From assembly GCA_043228905.1 (NCBI GenBank), contig JBHGNT010000015.1:6262001-6326000 (forward strand): DNA of 64,000 nt, given 5' to 3'. The position numbers and the translations under genes are program-made. Source of the stretch: Azolla caroliniana. Lineage: Eukaryota > Plantae > Polypodiophyta. Of the stretch, positions 50,901 through 63,442 are shown in pieces (position 1 is the first letter of the stretch; the number at the start of each line of letters is the position of its first letter). The notes beneath the pieces were generated by a model. That model was not told the DNA's origin. It searched no databases and was given only the letters and a program-made list of their open reading frames with translations.

Positions 50901-51934
50901 CACCAACAATTGATATGCTCCCTGTTGGTTTGGAGGAAGAGAGTCATACCAATCTCGAGCTCGACCATAGAATGTAGCTACCAATAAAGGTAACTTCTCA
51001 TTGTCGGTGATGCGTCCAATAGAGACAGCATGATGCTCAAAAGATGCCAAAAAGGCACCCGCATCTTGTGTTCTTTCACCTGAAAATGCAAATTGCATAG
51101 CTAAGTTAATGTAATATAGAAACACAATTAAATGATAAGTTCTCCCTCCTATACGGAAAGGATCCGCCCTCCCTGGAGCGCCAAAATGATAGAGTGTATA
51201 AGATAATAGATAGTTATACACTATATGAGGGCTTGATCAAACCGATTAGATGGAGTTGAAAATCATAATATATTATATAGCTCTAGGTAATTATGATTAG
51301 AGAGTATAACTCAAGAAACTAAGAAAAAAGATAGAGAAAGCGAGCAAGAAATAAGAATATTCTGATATTCCAACATCAAGAGAATACAAAGGAGACAAAC
51401 TCCACATTGAACTAAAACCAAAGACCTTCCTCTTCTAAGACACTTCCTCTTCCACAAAGACACTTCTTCCTAACACTCCTCATCCACTCTTTGGTCTTCA
51501 CTCTTCGCCCCCTTCTCACTAATATTACTTCTTCTTTTATAACCTTCCTCTTCTTATCCACGTTCATGCTATTTTTAGAAGCTTTTTATCTCCCTATTTT
51601 TAGCTATGACACATCAACCTTCTAATCGTCATATCTCCCTCATCCGATATCCAAATTAAGCGATTTAAAAAGCTATAGAAAGCTCTTTTTACAAGCTTTC
51701 TAATCCATATTTAAACGTGATATTTGGATAAACAACGAGGGAGTTATGACCATTCTATTTTTACTGTTTTTTATAGTCTGCGTTTTCTCTTTTTACTTTT
51801 CTCTTGGTCTCGTACTTTTACTTTTGACTTCTTCCCTAAGGTCTTAGTTCGTGTTCTTATCCTCAAAAGGTGAATTATCTATACTTTATATTCTCCTAAT
51901 GTTCAATGGCTTAGATTCTAAAAACACTTTCACA
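44931..51934 (-). mobile_element. Full-length young Tat-like gypsy with additional RNase H; LTRs 44931-45678 and 51187-51934; 5-bp TSD CCATA
   Basis: Two 748-bp TG...CA LTRs (one mismatch noticed); TSD 44926-44930 and 51935-51939; PBS rc TGGCGCTCCAGGGAGGGC; PPT rc AAGGGGGAGGGCTAAA. Confidence 0.97.
45940..51098 (-). pseudogene. gag-pol (GAG-PR-RT-RH-aRH-INT) with one in-frame TGA (49758-49760) and one frameshift (~46450)
   Basis: CYSCQEEGHISTRC; LVDSGA; FMDD; second RNase H FFDGAF...NNEAEY...GDSLLV...NKEADALA; integrase HCC, WGIDAVGP, PQANGAVE; WEGPF. Confidence 0.95.
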
Positions 51935-53681
51935 CCATACATTACAGCAGCATGCATGGAGACGAAGGTGCTGGATAACGGTTCGGCGTATGTGCGTGTC
52001 AAGAGCCAGGACAGTCGGCATTCCGTCCAATTCATGACCGTACGTCCGAACCATGAGAGGAATCGCGAGACCCTCAGTGGCGACAGCCGAGGGGATTTTT
52101 AGAGAGGGCTATCAAGGCGTGGGGCCGCGGTAGTCCGGACGTACCGGAAGAACCCCACACATGTACAGTAGGTAGGAAGTTTTGGTTCTCCAAAAACGGA
52201 GGTTGTACTATAGCCGGCGTCAGCGGCCGGGAGAGGAAGCGAGCGGAGGAGCGGCTCAAGGGATGCGGAGTCCTCTCCCCCGATGAAGAAATCAGCGGCG
52301 CCGTGGAGGCGGTCTCTTTTGACGACACTTTGGGCGAGTTACGAAAAGTGATCGGTGAAGACCTTAGAGAAGACTGGACCGTTCCGATTAGTTCGATGGG
52401 AATGTACGAAGTCATCGCGGACTTCGGGGAAAGGATCGGGTCGGATCGGACGGCCCACGTGGATATAAAGTAAAAGATTGTGGACCGGAAGGTGAGGCCA
52501 GTCGCGGCACCCTTGCTGGAGGGCGGCGAGGAGCGGATAAAAGGGGTCGCGTCGGACCCAAGTTTACGGAATCCGGCTGGCATAGGGTTACGGGAGCTCA
52601 AGGTCGGTGGGGGTGGCTTTCTACTGCCGGCAGAGGATAGGTTTCAGAGAATGCTCGGAAGGCATGGGAAAGCCTTCGCGTTCTCGTCGGAGGAGATTGG
52701 GTGCGTGGACCCGACGATCGTCGAACTGATGGTGATCTTCACGGTACCGCATGTACCATGGAATCTCAAACCGATTCCGGTGCCAAGAGCTCACATCCCG
52801 AAGTTGATGGAGCTTCTGAAGCAAAAGGTGGAGATGGGCATCCTCGAACCGTCGAGTGCCCCGTATTCGAATCGGTGGTTTACGGTGTCGAAGAAGAACG
52901 ACACGTTGCGTTTCATTCAGGACCTGTAACCGGTCAACAGGGTGACTATCCGTAATGTAGTAATCGGACCGACCATAGACGAGTTCGCGGAGGCCTTCAC
53001 TGGGAGGTCGATCTATTCGGTCGGTGACTTATACTCGGGGTACGACTAGTTCCAGCTAGCCGTGGAGAGCAGGGATATCACGATGATGCGAACCCCTCTC
53101 GGCCTAGTACGGATGTGTACCCTACCACAAGGCGGGACGAACTCGGTGGCGCATATGGTGAATGCAATGAACAAGGTGCTGAGGGACTGCATCCCGGACA
53201 TCACCATGCCATTCTTGGACGACATCCCGATAAAGGGGTGTCCGGTGGATGATGCGGATGAGACAGTCAGGCCAGACGGATGCGGGAGGTTCGTCGTGAA
53301 CCACATCAACAACTGCGAGAAGGTGCTGCAAAGGCTCGAAAGCGCACGATTCACCTTCTCCGGAGAAAAATCAGCGTTCGGGCAGTCGGAGATCTTGGTG
53401 GTCGGACACTTGTGCGGGCCTTACGATAGGAAACCGTCTCCGGCAAAAGTAGAGGTCATCTCCGCGATGAGGAACGATTGCGGGTCGGTTACGGAGGTCC
53501 GCAGATTCTTGGGAGCATGCGCGTTCTACCACATCTGGATCCCGCACTACGCACATGTCGCGGAACCTCTCTATGGACTATTGAAAAAAGGGGCGTAGCT
53601 TTGAGTGGAGGACGGAGCACACGCAGTCGGTCCAGAGACTAAAGGAGGCGCTTACGGTAGCGCCAGCTCTTCGTAAAGAGG

Positions 53682-56600
53682 TGTCGCGTTGCTACGTGCG
53701 TGCGTGGAGAACAAGGTGGGACCACTGGGGTCTTGGACCGAGGAGTAGGTGAAAGAAAGGGGGGGAGAGAAAGAGAGAGAGAGACGCTCACACACGTATA
53801 GACAAAGAAGCGCACGGGGACGCGGCCCAACAACATAGGAGACACGAGTTGAGCAGGAAATCGAGTACAAGAACACTAGTGTATGTATATAAATATATGT
53901 ATGCAGACGACTCGAACGGTTACAGCCGACCAGGTCGGCGAGAAGGATGCCAACGCCTGATCACCCATGCACACAGGGGGAGCAAGATGGAGATTCTGCC
54001 GGAAGCACACGGGTGTTCCACGGAGCAGGATCAGCCTCTTGAGAACCTGCGCAAAAGAAGTTATGGAGAACAACAGAGAAGAAGAGCTCGGTCCCAGTTC
54101 GACAGCACTTCGTCCCCTCTAGCGCGCAATACCTTCTCTCCCCGTCTCCCTCTCTTTTATAGCTCAAGGAGGGAGGCCGTTTCACCCGTTTACATCACAT
54201 TAATTCTCTCTATCGAATATTGCTACCTAGGATTCGACTTTTGTGCCTACCTATCTACTATACAACAAGGGGCGTGCCCACGTGTAAGGGCCGGTTCACA
54301 CATGCTATACACGGTTTGCGCATGGGGATGGTTTTCTTCACGACATCCGCCCCCACCTAACCGCGCATCCACCGGTATGCGCCAAAATTGGGTTCCTGCC
54401 GGAGAAAACCGGTCTTAGTCTTTATTCCTCGTTTACCAGTTCGTCCTCCGCCTCGGGCTGCTCATCGTTGCTGTCCATGCCCCCTAGCTCCGGCTCACCG
54501 TCGTGTCGTTTCTTGAAAGCTTTGATCCTCTTCCCCGCTACCGGTATCGCCATTCTCGTACCGTCGAGCTCCGCGAGATGGTACGTCCCATTGTCGTTGG
54601 CGCCTGTTACTACGTAAGGCCCGAACCACCTCCTCGCAAACTTCCGCGTGGCCCTGTGCTGATTGTCGAGGCTGCTGTCGTAGACTAGCACCCAGTCGCC
54701 TTCCTCGATCTTCCTTGGCCGGAGCCGGTGTGTTCGGTCGAACCGGGCTTTGTTCCTTATCCTCGCTACCCAAAGTTTCTCCGCGGCTCGCTCTATGTCC
54801 TCCGGCCTCCGCTCGAGCTGTCGAATCCGCGCTGCCAACAATTCCTCCCGGCTCATCTCATCTCTCCAGTCCACCGTGGCCCACGAGGAGATCGTTCGGT
54901 CTGTTGGCATGATCGGCTTCTGTCCGAACATGAGCTCCGCCGACATGAACCCGGTTACTGAACTGTGCGTAGTCCGGTCCGCCCACAAGGCATAAGGTAG
55001 CAGCCATGGCCAGTTCCCGACTTGGCCTCCGCACGCCTGTACTAGCGCTTTGACAATCAGCCCTTGTCCGCGCTCTACCTTCCCGTTCGCCTCCGGATTG
55101 TACGCTGTGGTGAGCGAAAGTTTGACTCCTAGCCGGTCGAACAGCTCTTCGGCGTCTTCTGCGTCCAACTCACCACGGTCAGCCACGATCTTCCCTACGC
55201 ACCCATATCGACATACCACGTCCTCGATCAAAAACCGGCACACAGCTGCTGTCGTCTTGTTCTGCAGGGCTCGGCCTTCAACCTGGTTAGTTAGATCCTC
55301 CCGAGCCGGCACCAGATACCGCATCTGTCCTACCCCCATTGGCATCGTCACCAAATCCACCATCCACTTGAAGTGGACGGTCGGAGGGTAGGTCGGGTGA
55401 AGCTCGTCCCAGTGTTGGATCACGGAGTGCACCTGACAGCTTTCGCAAGTCGTCACGAACCGATGCACGTCCCGGTATAGTCCCGGCCACCAGTACTTCC
55501 CCTTTAGCTTTTCGAACGTGGCCCACGTTCCATGGTGTCCATCCCAAGGACTATCGTGGTACGCCGCCAACAAATCCTCCTGTTCCTCCTTCACCACCAC
55601 TCGGAGCGGGATGTCGTTCCTCTTCTTCGGGTGCTTCCATATGTACCCGTCCCGGAGAAAGAATCGGTACGCTTTCTTCCGAATCCGGTTGGCCTCATCC
55701 TTTGTCCACGCCGCGTTCGGTGTCATTGTTTTCAGGAACCCGCCGATCTGCAGCCACTCCCCGTTGTACTTGCTCTCGTTGAAATCATTAAGCGTTGGAG
55801 TGCATTCCCTGCCGGTTGTTACGTAAGCCGCCTCGAAGAAGTCCACGCCGACTTCCTCGTCCTCCGAAACCATGTTGCCCTCGTTTTCAAACCTCGCCCT
55901 TGAAAGCATGTCGGCCATGGCATTGTCTTTCCCGGAAATGTGTCGTATTTCCGGATTCAGGGACTTGATGTACGCTATCCACCTGAGCATTGCCAGGTTC
56001 GGCGTCGCGCATCCGGAAACCATGCCAAGATTTGGTAGGCAGTCCGTCTCGATAATTACCTCTGTCCCGATCAGGTAGTCCTTATCGGCCTTTACCACTG
56101 AAACGATACCCTAGAGCTCGCGTTTAACCTGGGCGTATCCTCGTTGTCGCTCGCTGAGGACCTTCGCGCCGAACCAGATCGGGAAAGGCATGTCGTCCTC
56201 GTCCTCTTGGTTGACAACCCATCTGATCCTGGTCGGACTCGTGTCTACCATTACGTAAATTGGAGTGTCCTTTCCGTAGACAGCCTTTCAGAGCGCCGGA
56301 GCTGCGGCAAGTGCTTCCTTCATCTTTCGGACAGACTCCGTATGCTCGTCTCTCTACTCGAATTTTCGCCCCCTTTTCAGCAACTCGTATAACGGCTCCG
56401 CGACGTGGGCGTAATGCGGGATCCAGATGTGGTAGAACGCACATGCTCCCAAGAACCTCCGAACCTCCGTGACCGAGCTACAGTCGTGCTTCATCGCGAA
56501 GATGGCTTCTACCTTAGCCGGAGACGGTTTCCGGCCATATGACCCGCAGAGGTGTCCGACGACCATGATCTCTGATTGCCCGAAGGCTGATTTTTCCCTG

Positions 56601-59600
56601 GAGAAGGTGAGCCTCACGCCCTCTAACCTTTGCAGCACCTTTTCACAATCATCGATGTGCGTCGCCACGAATTTCCGGCACCCGTCCAGTCCGATCGTCT
56701 CGTCCTTTTCCTCCACCGGGCATCCCTTGATCGGGACGTCGTCCAAAAACAGCATGGTGATGTCCGGGATACAATCCCTTAGCACCTTGTTCATTGCGTT
56801 CACCATGTGAGCCACCGAGTTCATCCCTCCTTGCGGTAGGGTACACATCCGTACTAGGCCGAGAGGAGTTCGCATTGTCGTGATGTCTCTACTCTCTATG
56901 GCTAGCTGGAACTGATCGTACCCCGAGTAGAGATCACCGACCGAGTAAATCGACCTTCCGGCGAAGGCCTCCGCGAACTCGTCTATTGTCGGTCCGATTC
57001 CTGCGTTTTGAATGGTCACCTTGTTGACCGGCTGCAAATCTTGAATAAAGCGTAACGTGTCGTTCTTCTTCGGCACGGTAAACCACCGATTCGAGTATGG
57101 GGCAATCGACGGTTTGAGGATGCCCATCTCGACCTTCTGCTTTAACAACTCCATCAGCTTCGGGATGTGAGCTCTGGGTAGTGGAATCGGTTTGAGACTC
57201 CACGGCACATGCGGTACCGTGAATATCATCATCGGTTCCACGACTGTCGGGTCTACGCACCCGATCTCCTCCGGTGAGAATGCGAAAGCCTTCCTGTGCC
57301 TTCCGAGCATTCCCCGAAACCGGTCCTCTTCCGCCAGTAGTAGGAAGCTGCCCCCACCGATTTTGAGCTCACGTAGCATTATGTCGGTGAACGTGTGTCC
57401 TATGCGGGCCGGATTTCGTAAACTCGGGTCCGACGCAACCCCCTTTATTCGCAGCTCGCTGCCCTCCGGCAAGGGAGCCGCGACTGGCCTCACCTTCCGG
57501 TCCACAGTCTTGTACCTCGTGTCCACCCGGGCCATCCGATCCGACTCGAGCCCTCTACTGAAGTCTGCGATGACTTCGTACATCCTTTCCGAACATACCG
57601 GAATCGTCCGGTCCTCTTTAAGGACTCCTCTGACTACCCCTCGCAGCTCCCCCAAGGTATCGTCGAAAGAGACTGCCTCCACGGCTCCGTTGATTTCCTC
57701 TCTAGGGCCGAGGATACCACATCGCCGAAGTCGCTCCTCCGCCCTTTTCTTCTTCCGGCCTACGACGCCGACTATCGTACACCCTCCGTTGTCGGAGAAC
57801 CAAAATTTCCTACTTATAGTACAGGTCTTCTTCGCTATCGTACACTTGTGGGGTTTTCCCGGAGTGTCTGGACTATCGCGGCCCCACGCCTTGATAGCCC
57901 TCTCTAAAAATCCTCTCGGCTTTCGCCCCCGAGGGTCTCGCGGTTTTGCTCATGGTTCGGTCTCACCGTCAGGAACTGGACCGAGTGATGCCCATCTTGG
58001 CTCTTGACCCTTGCATAGGCCGAGCCGTTGTCCAGCACCTTGGTCTCCATCCGTGCTGTCGTGATGTACGGTTCTCCTAGTATAACCGGATGTGAGGACG
58101 TCTCCTGCACGAAGAAGTGTTGGTCAATCTCGACATCGCCGATCTTTACTCGTACATTCGGGCAAGCTCCATGCAGTTCTTCGGTGGCACGTGTCGCTGC
58201 CCGTATTTTCCCCCCGTGCTTGGTGTTGATCGGCCATTTCCCCTTCTTGTAGAAGTCCATGGAAATCAAATGGATTTTTGAACCGTGGTCCACCAACGCC
58301 ACCACTGGTTCATGAACATCTCCGATCTTCACGGGGGTCTCCGTGGTCGCCCTGGCCCAATGCAGCCTCGAATAGTGGCTCTCCGCCAACTCGTCTTCCA
58401 GCGCCATGTCCTCTATGTGCGTCATCCGCACCTCCACCGGCTTCTCCGGTTCTGTCTCCGTCGACAGCCTCTTCCTCTTCACCAAGTCTACGATGGAGTC
58501 GTGGAACTCCTTCTTGGTGATCCCGAGCACTTCCCTCAGCGACAGTTCCACCTTGCTGTGGAGGATTCATTCTTCCAGGACCTTTCGCAGGTCCGTGGAT
58601 CTTTCGATTTCTGTGCCCAGCCGGTACCTGCCCTTCTTGGGATTATCCTGGGCGCCGGTTACACTGGCCTCATTCCGCCTTTGCCCGAATCGAGTTTCAT
58701 ATCGTTGCGAGGGCCCGGCCCCTCTGGTTTTCCCTACCCGCTTGTCCTCCACCAGAGCCTCGTAGTTTTGACAAGCGGCTTCGACAAAGCCCGTCTTTTC
58801 TTCCACCGAGTCACTCCACCCGGTTACCTCCCGGATCTGTTTTTCCGCGTGGTCTGCCTCTTCTTTCCTTAGTCGTGCGCCGGCGAGGCCTTCTAGCATC
58901 GTCGGCCAGAACTCGGCTTTGTTCGTCTTTGGGGCCTCGCCACCTCCGACCCGAATACCAGCTGATGCCGAGTAGTGGACGGTCTCCGCGTGGCGAGCCG
59001 CCGCCTCCTCCATCAGCCTTTTCATACCTCCTCGCCTGACGTTCAAGTCCAGGGCCCTTCGGGTCTCGCTGGCGTGCACCCGACCATTCCACAGGTACAC
59101 CACGTTGCTTCTCATCGTCTCGGCGAAGTCCCCGCAGTCCTTCCGGATGTGGCCAAACGCGTCACACCACATGCACCTGTTTCCAGCTAGAGGTCGTCGG
59201 TAACGGGCCTAGTCGCCACCATCCCTCCGTGCCTGGGCGATCTGGAGATCCTTTACCATCCGCATCAGTTCCTCCAGAGCTGCTCCCCCGGACGAGCCCT
59301 TGACCATGCCGATCGAAGCCGATCCGGTCTCGAGCCAATCTCGGGTCTCTTCCCTTCGCGTTGGTGGTGTTGGCTCGAGCTTCCTTGCTGCGACAGAGCC
59401 CGCCCCTGTCGATCCTTTGTGAACCCATTCCCGCCGTTTGTCGAAATGGCCACAAACCCTCTTCACCACAGCCCAGTCAGCCGTCAGCCCGTCATCAGTC
59501 TCCAATAGGAGGCCTACTTGCTCCGGATCCCGCTTGTCAACTGACTTAACAAACAATAGGACACGACTTGTGTCCAGAATGGTCCGGTCAAGCACTGAGA

Positions 59601-59971
59601 GGTGTGCGAGGCGTTCCTCAAACTCTCGGAGGAGCACCGACGCATTCCTTCCTTTGTGGGGGGTCTCCACCCACTCCATGAAGTCCCGCTTCGAAAGTCG
59701 AAGCGTATCTTCAAGCCCGTATTTTTCGAGGAGCCGACCTTCGAACTCCTCCCAAGTCCGGCTCTCGGCCCGTACCTCGAGCACCTTCGTATGGATGCCC
59801 GGCATCGCCACTCGAGGGAATCCATCTAGACGCCTCTCTTCCGGAATGTCCCTCATTACCATCTCAGCCTGGTAGGACGCCAAGTAGCTCGTGGCATCCT
59901 TCCCACTAAACCGGCCGATCCTACCGACAACTGCCTCGATAGCCCTATCAAGGGCGCCAGTGCCTTCGCGC
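53682..59971 (-). mobile_element. Gypsy (TGTCG clade): 3' LTR 53682-54345, PPT, degenerate gag-pol
   Basis: ORFs 59209-59883, 58567-59172, 57904-58551 (gag/PR), 56354-57682 (RT), 54422-56098 (RH end + integrase, WFGPY); PPT rc AGGTGGGGGCGGA. Confidence 0.95.
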
Positions 59972-60659
59972 TGTCGTGAAGATTTTCGTCCAGAGCCGGA
60001 AATCGGGGTGGAAGGGGCAAGTCGGTGGTGTGCAACATGTGCACATGTATACTAGGATATGGTGTATAGAAAGAGAGGGGAAATTTTTGTCCCACATTGT
60101 AAGGTCCCTCCCTCCTTGGGCTATAAAAGGAAGGGAGGGGTCACTTATGAAGGGGTTGCCTATTTTGTGCGAGTAAGGTATACCACTTAGTCTAGGGTTC
60201 TCCCTCTTCCCATTTCGTTTTAGGGTTAGGGTTTCGGTTGGGGTTTCTTCTTGGGTTTCCCTTTAGGGTTTTCGGATAGTCATTTTTGGTGCGGCCACGG
60301 CGGCCACCATTGTTGTAACCATTCGTTGTTTTAATATAACTTGTTGAGCATCTTGCCTCCGCCGATCCCTCCTTCGATGTCGTGGTCTTATTCTTTCCTC
60401 TTCTCCTCTTGAGCTAAGCCTCCATATTATGTCCTATTCTTTCTCCTCCACTCCCTAGTCCAAGACCCCCGCGGTCCCGCCCCTTCTACACGCACGCGCG
60501 TAACAAACGCGACATCTTTGGTGAACCCGACGTGAAGGGCGGCAAGGGAGCATGGAGATGGAAGAAGACTTGGACTTCGAGGAGATGATGGCAAAAATCG
60601 TGATGGAAGCCGGACGGAAGATGGCGATGCGAGATGCGGCTTAACAAGCCGTCGAAAGG

Positions 60660-62543
60660 GTGGTCGATCGAGTCGGCCGATTCAACGGGGACGATGTCCC
60701 GAGGTTCTTGGAAGCGTACGAGGCCGAGATGGCGAAAGGGGGCGTGGACGAGGAGATGCGGCTAGAGTATTTTCCTCGAGTGGCGGCCACATCGGTGCAC
60801 AAGGAGGTCAAGGAGCTACGAGAAGCTCACGAGTCGTGGGTGTCCTTGGAGGTAGCCCTATTGGAAGTGTGCGGATACGCGAAACCGGAGTGGGTATGCC
60901 GGCAACCCGATGGGGAGCGGTCGGCAACAACGTGGCCCGCGAGCAGCAGAGAAGAGAGAGCGGCGAGTGAGTACGCACTACTGCTGGAAGAGAGCTCAAC
61001 GCAAAACGGTTTGGAGGAGCTCGACCTAGAAGCGCTTATACGAGAGGCATGCGAGCTTGTGAAGACGAAAATCGGAGCCGAAGAAGGGCTTGTTATGGAG
61101 ACGGGCCGAAGGCGATCGGAGGATGCGGAGGAAGAAGCCTCCCTAGACGTAGAAGACGGGGCCTATATGGAGGCCGGGAGAGCGTACGACGGCGAGATAG
61201 GAGAGGGTGCGGAGCAAGCGACCCTCTTGCCTTGCAGTGAAGGGACGGCCATGGAGGCCGGTAACTACGGATTCGGGACATGGCGGCCCGAAACATTGAG
61301 TGAGGAGCGGACAAATGGCGGTGCCGCGACCTTACACACACCGGTCCTAGAGACTCTGGCATCCGGCCCGAGAGCTGGTGTGAGACCTAGAGTGACGGAC
61401 GGTGGCGGCGGCAAGGCGGGCAACCGAGACGACGGCATGGGAGAGATGGTGGCAAGCGTAATCGAGGTTTGCGGAATCGGAGATGAGGTAGCCGTGGACA
61501 ACGACGACCGGACGGAAGCGGCTACTGACACAACGAGTGGTGGTGCCGGGTTCTTACCCACACCGGTCCTAGAGGCTCCGGCGGCCGGCCCGAGTGCCGG
61601 CGTGAGACCTAGAGCGACGGGCAGTGGTGGCAGCAAGGCGGCCTACCACGACGACGAGGAGAACGAGGAAGAGATAGCCACGGACCACAACGTCCGAACG
61701 AAGGTGGCTACGAACATGGCATCGGCGAGTAATGGTATCAGGACTTTTCCCACACCTATTCTAGGGACTTCGGCAGTCGGCCCCGAGAGCCCACGTGAGA
61801 CCGGAGAGACGGAAGGTGGCGGCGGCAAAGCGGACAATCGAAACGACGACGAGGAAGGTCATAACGGACGGAGGCAAGACCTCTCGACACCGAGACCGGA
61901 GACTACGGCGATTGTGCTCAAATGCCAACATAAGACCGGAGAGAAGGGCGGTGGCCGTGAGGAGGTGTGGCCCGGAGCGAACACGTACGAAGATGAGGAC
62001 GCGAGGCCCGGAACGGGCATATACGAGAGGACCGAGGGAGAGGTCGGGAGCGGCAAAGAGGAGAGAGTCGGGAACCGACCCGACCGGAAGATGGACCGGT
62101 CGATAATCCGACATGACCGGATGACGACGCGGAAGTACATTGGAGCGGGGTCTGGTCAACCGGGCCCAAACCGAAGAAGAGCTGGCAAGGTCGGATTTGT
62201 TCGGACAAACATCTACCGGCCGGTTACGATTACGGAAGGGAGCCGACCTAACCGGAACTCGATCGGCCGAGACCGATCCGGGCGAAGGCAAAGTTGGCAC
62301 GGTTGGAGGTCGAGGCGAACGGGCCACAACACCCGGTGGGAGCCGGTGAGCGCGAGAAGGAAGCTAACCGGGCACGGTGATTACGGCTTGGCAGAAGACC
62401 GAGAGAGAGAGAGGAGCCCTCCACATCTATCCTTGAGACTTCGGCGGTTGCGGATCAACATAAGACCGGAGACACGACGGGTGATGGCGAGGAGTCGGAG
62501 ACCGGAACTGACGAGGCCACTAGAACAGGTACCCGGTGCGTGA
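60660..62543 (+). CDS. Gag N-terminus fused to acidic repeat-rich extension (upstream stop at ~60642)
   Basis: VGRFNGDDVPRFLEAYEAEM matches clade gag; TPVLE...GGGGKA repeats; SRPNRNSIGRDRSG shared with ORF 7052. Confidence 0.75.
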   Translation: MVDRVGRFNGDDVPRFLEAYEAEMAKGGVDEEMRLEYFPRVAATSVHKEVKELREAHESWVSLEVALLEVCGYAKPEWVCRQPDGERSATTWPASSREERAASEYALLLEESSTQNGLEELDLEALIREACELVKTKIGAEEGLVMETGRRRSEDAEEEASLDVEDGAYMEAGRAYDGEIGEGAEQATLLPCSEGTAMEAGNYGFGTWRPETLSEERTNGGAATLHTPVLETLASGPRAGVRPRVTDGGGGKAGNRDDGMGEMVASVIEVCGIGDEVAVDNDDRTEAATDTTSGGAGFLPTPVLEAPAAGPSAGVRPRATGSGGSKAAYHDDEENEEEIATDHNVRTKVATNMASASNGIRTFPTPILGTSAVGPESPRETGETEGGGGKADNRNDDEEGHNGRRQDLSTPRPETTAIVLKCQHKTGEKGGGREEVWPGANTYEDEDARPGTGIYERTEGEVGSGKEERVGNRPDRKMDRSIIRHDRMTTRKYIGAGSGQPGPNRRRAGKVGFVRTNIYRPVTITEGSRPNRNSIGRDRSGRRQSWHGWRSRRTGHNTRWEPVSARRKLTGHGDYGLAEDRERERSPPHLSLRLRRLRINIRPETRRVMARSRRPELTRPLEQVPGA

Positions 62544-63442
62544 AGACGGATGAGCACGGCCAAGACGGCAAGCCAGAGTCGAAAGGGGCTACGGCAAGAA
62601 AGGACGAAGAGACCGACGCGGAGGTCGGGTCTACGAAGGATGAGGCGCGTAATACGAAGTATGCACTACGGCGTAAAACGGAGCATGCACTACGGCCAGC
62701 GAAGGGCCAAGAAGTAAGCATGCACCCGGAAGAGCGGCAACGAGTGACCGACAACGGTGGACCGGTCGAGCCTTTCAAAGACAAGCACGCGGCGAGAGAC
62801 GAAGCCGTAAGGTGCCGAGATCGGCGGATGGGTGGCGAGAGCGAAGGACGGTGCGCGGAGAACAACGGGGTACACACCGGGAAGAGAAAACGCAGCGGCT
62901 TCCCGGAGGACATACAAGGCCAAGCGGGCCAAGAGGGCACAAGCCGAGGCGAGGCGGTAACGAGAGCCTCGAGGGACACCGACACGGAGGTCGGGAGGAC
63001 GGTACGCTCTACGGTGAGAGAGCACGACGGGCAAAGGAGAGGCAAGGAACGCGGAATGGGGTCGCCTAAGGGCCAAAGAATGAGCGCATATTCGGGGGAC
63101 AACATCGGCGCACGAGAAGAGCCCATGGAAGGCAAGCGCGGAGCAGGAAGAGTCGACACGCCGAGGTGTTCGGCATGTGGAGACGATAAAACCAAAGGAG
63201 GAACATTCGTGGCACGAAGAGGGCGGAATCCGGAGTACGATCGGAGAGTTCAGGAGCACACCCGGAGGACATACGAGCCTTTGCGAGGAATGTGTGCGGC
63301 GAGAGATGGAGCGGTGAGGTGCCGGTATCGGCGGATGATCGACGAGCGTGAAAGGCTATGTCTTGAGAACCAGAGGAGGTGCGTGGAGAGCAACGGGCTA
63401 CGCGCCGGGAAGAGGAAGCACGGCTTCCCGGAAGGCATGTGA
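62540..63442 (+). CDS. Charged low-complexity ORF continuing element C, probably a frameshifted continuation
   Basis: 300-aa open frame overlapping the upstream stop; internal duplication ~62788-62965 / 63296-63490. Confidence 0.45.
   Translation: MKTDEHGQDGKPESKGATARKDEETDAEVGSTKDEARNTKYALRRKTEHALRPAKGQEVSMHPEERQRVTDNGGPVEPFKDKHAARDEAVRCRDRRMGGESEGRCAENNGVHTGKRKRSGFPEDIQGQAGQEGTSRGEAVTRASRDTDTEVGRTVRSTVREHDGQRRGKERGMGSPKGQRMSAYSGDNIGAREEPMEGKRGAGRVDTPRCSACGDDKTKGGTFVARRGRNPEYDRRVQEHTRRTYEPLRGMCAARDGAVRCRYRRMIDERERLCLENQRRCVESNGLRAGKRKHGFPEGM

Larger units (their letters stand above)
42351..53681 (+). mobile_element. Gypsy (TGTCG clade): 5' LTR 42351-~43010 (3' end and PBS deleted), gag, protease, RT, RH start; split by the Tat-like insertion
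   Basis: CMWCDAIGHIRKDC; LVDHGSEINL; VILGEPY|ITAACMET rejoined across the insertion; LPQGGTNSV; FLDD. Confidence 0.92.
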
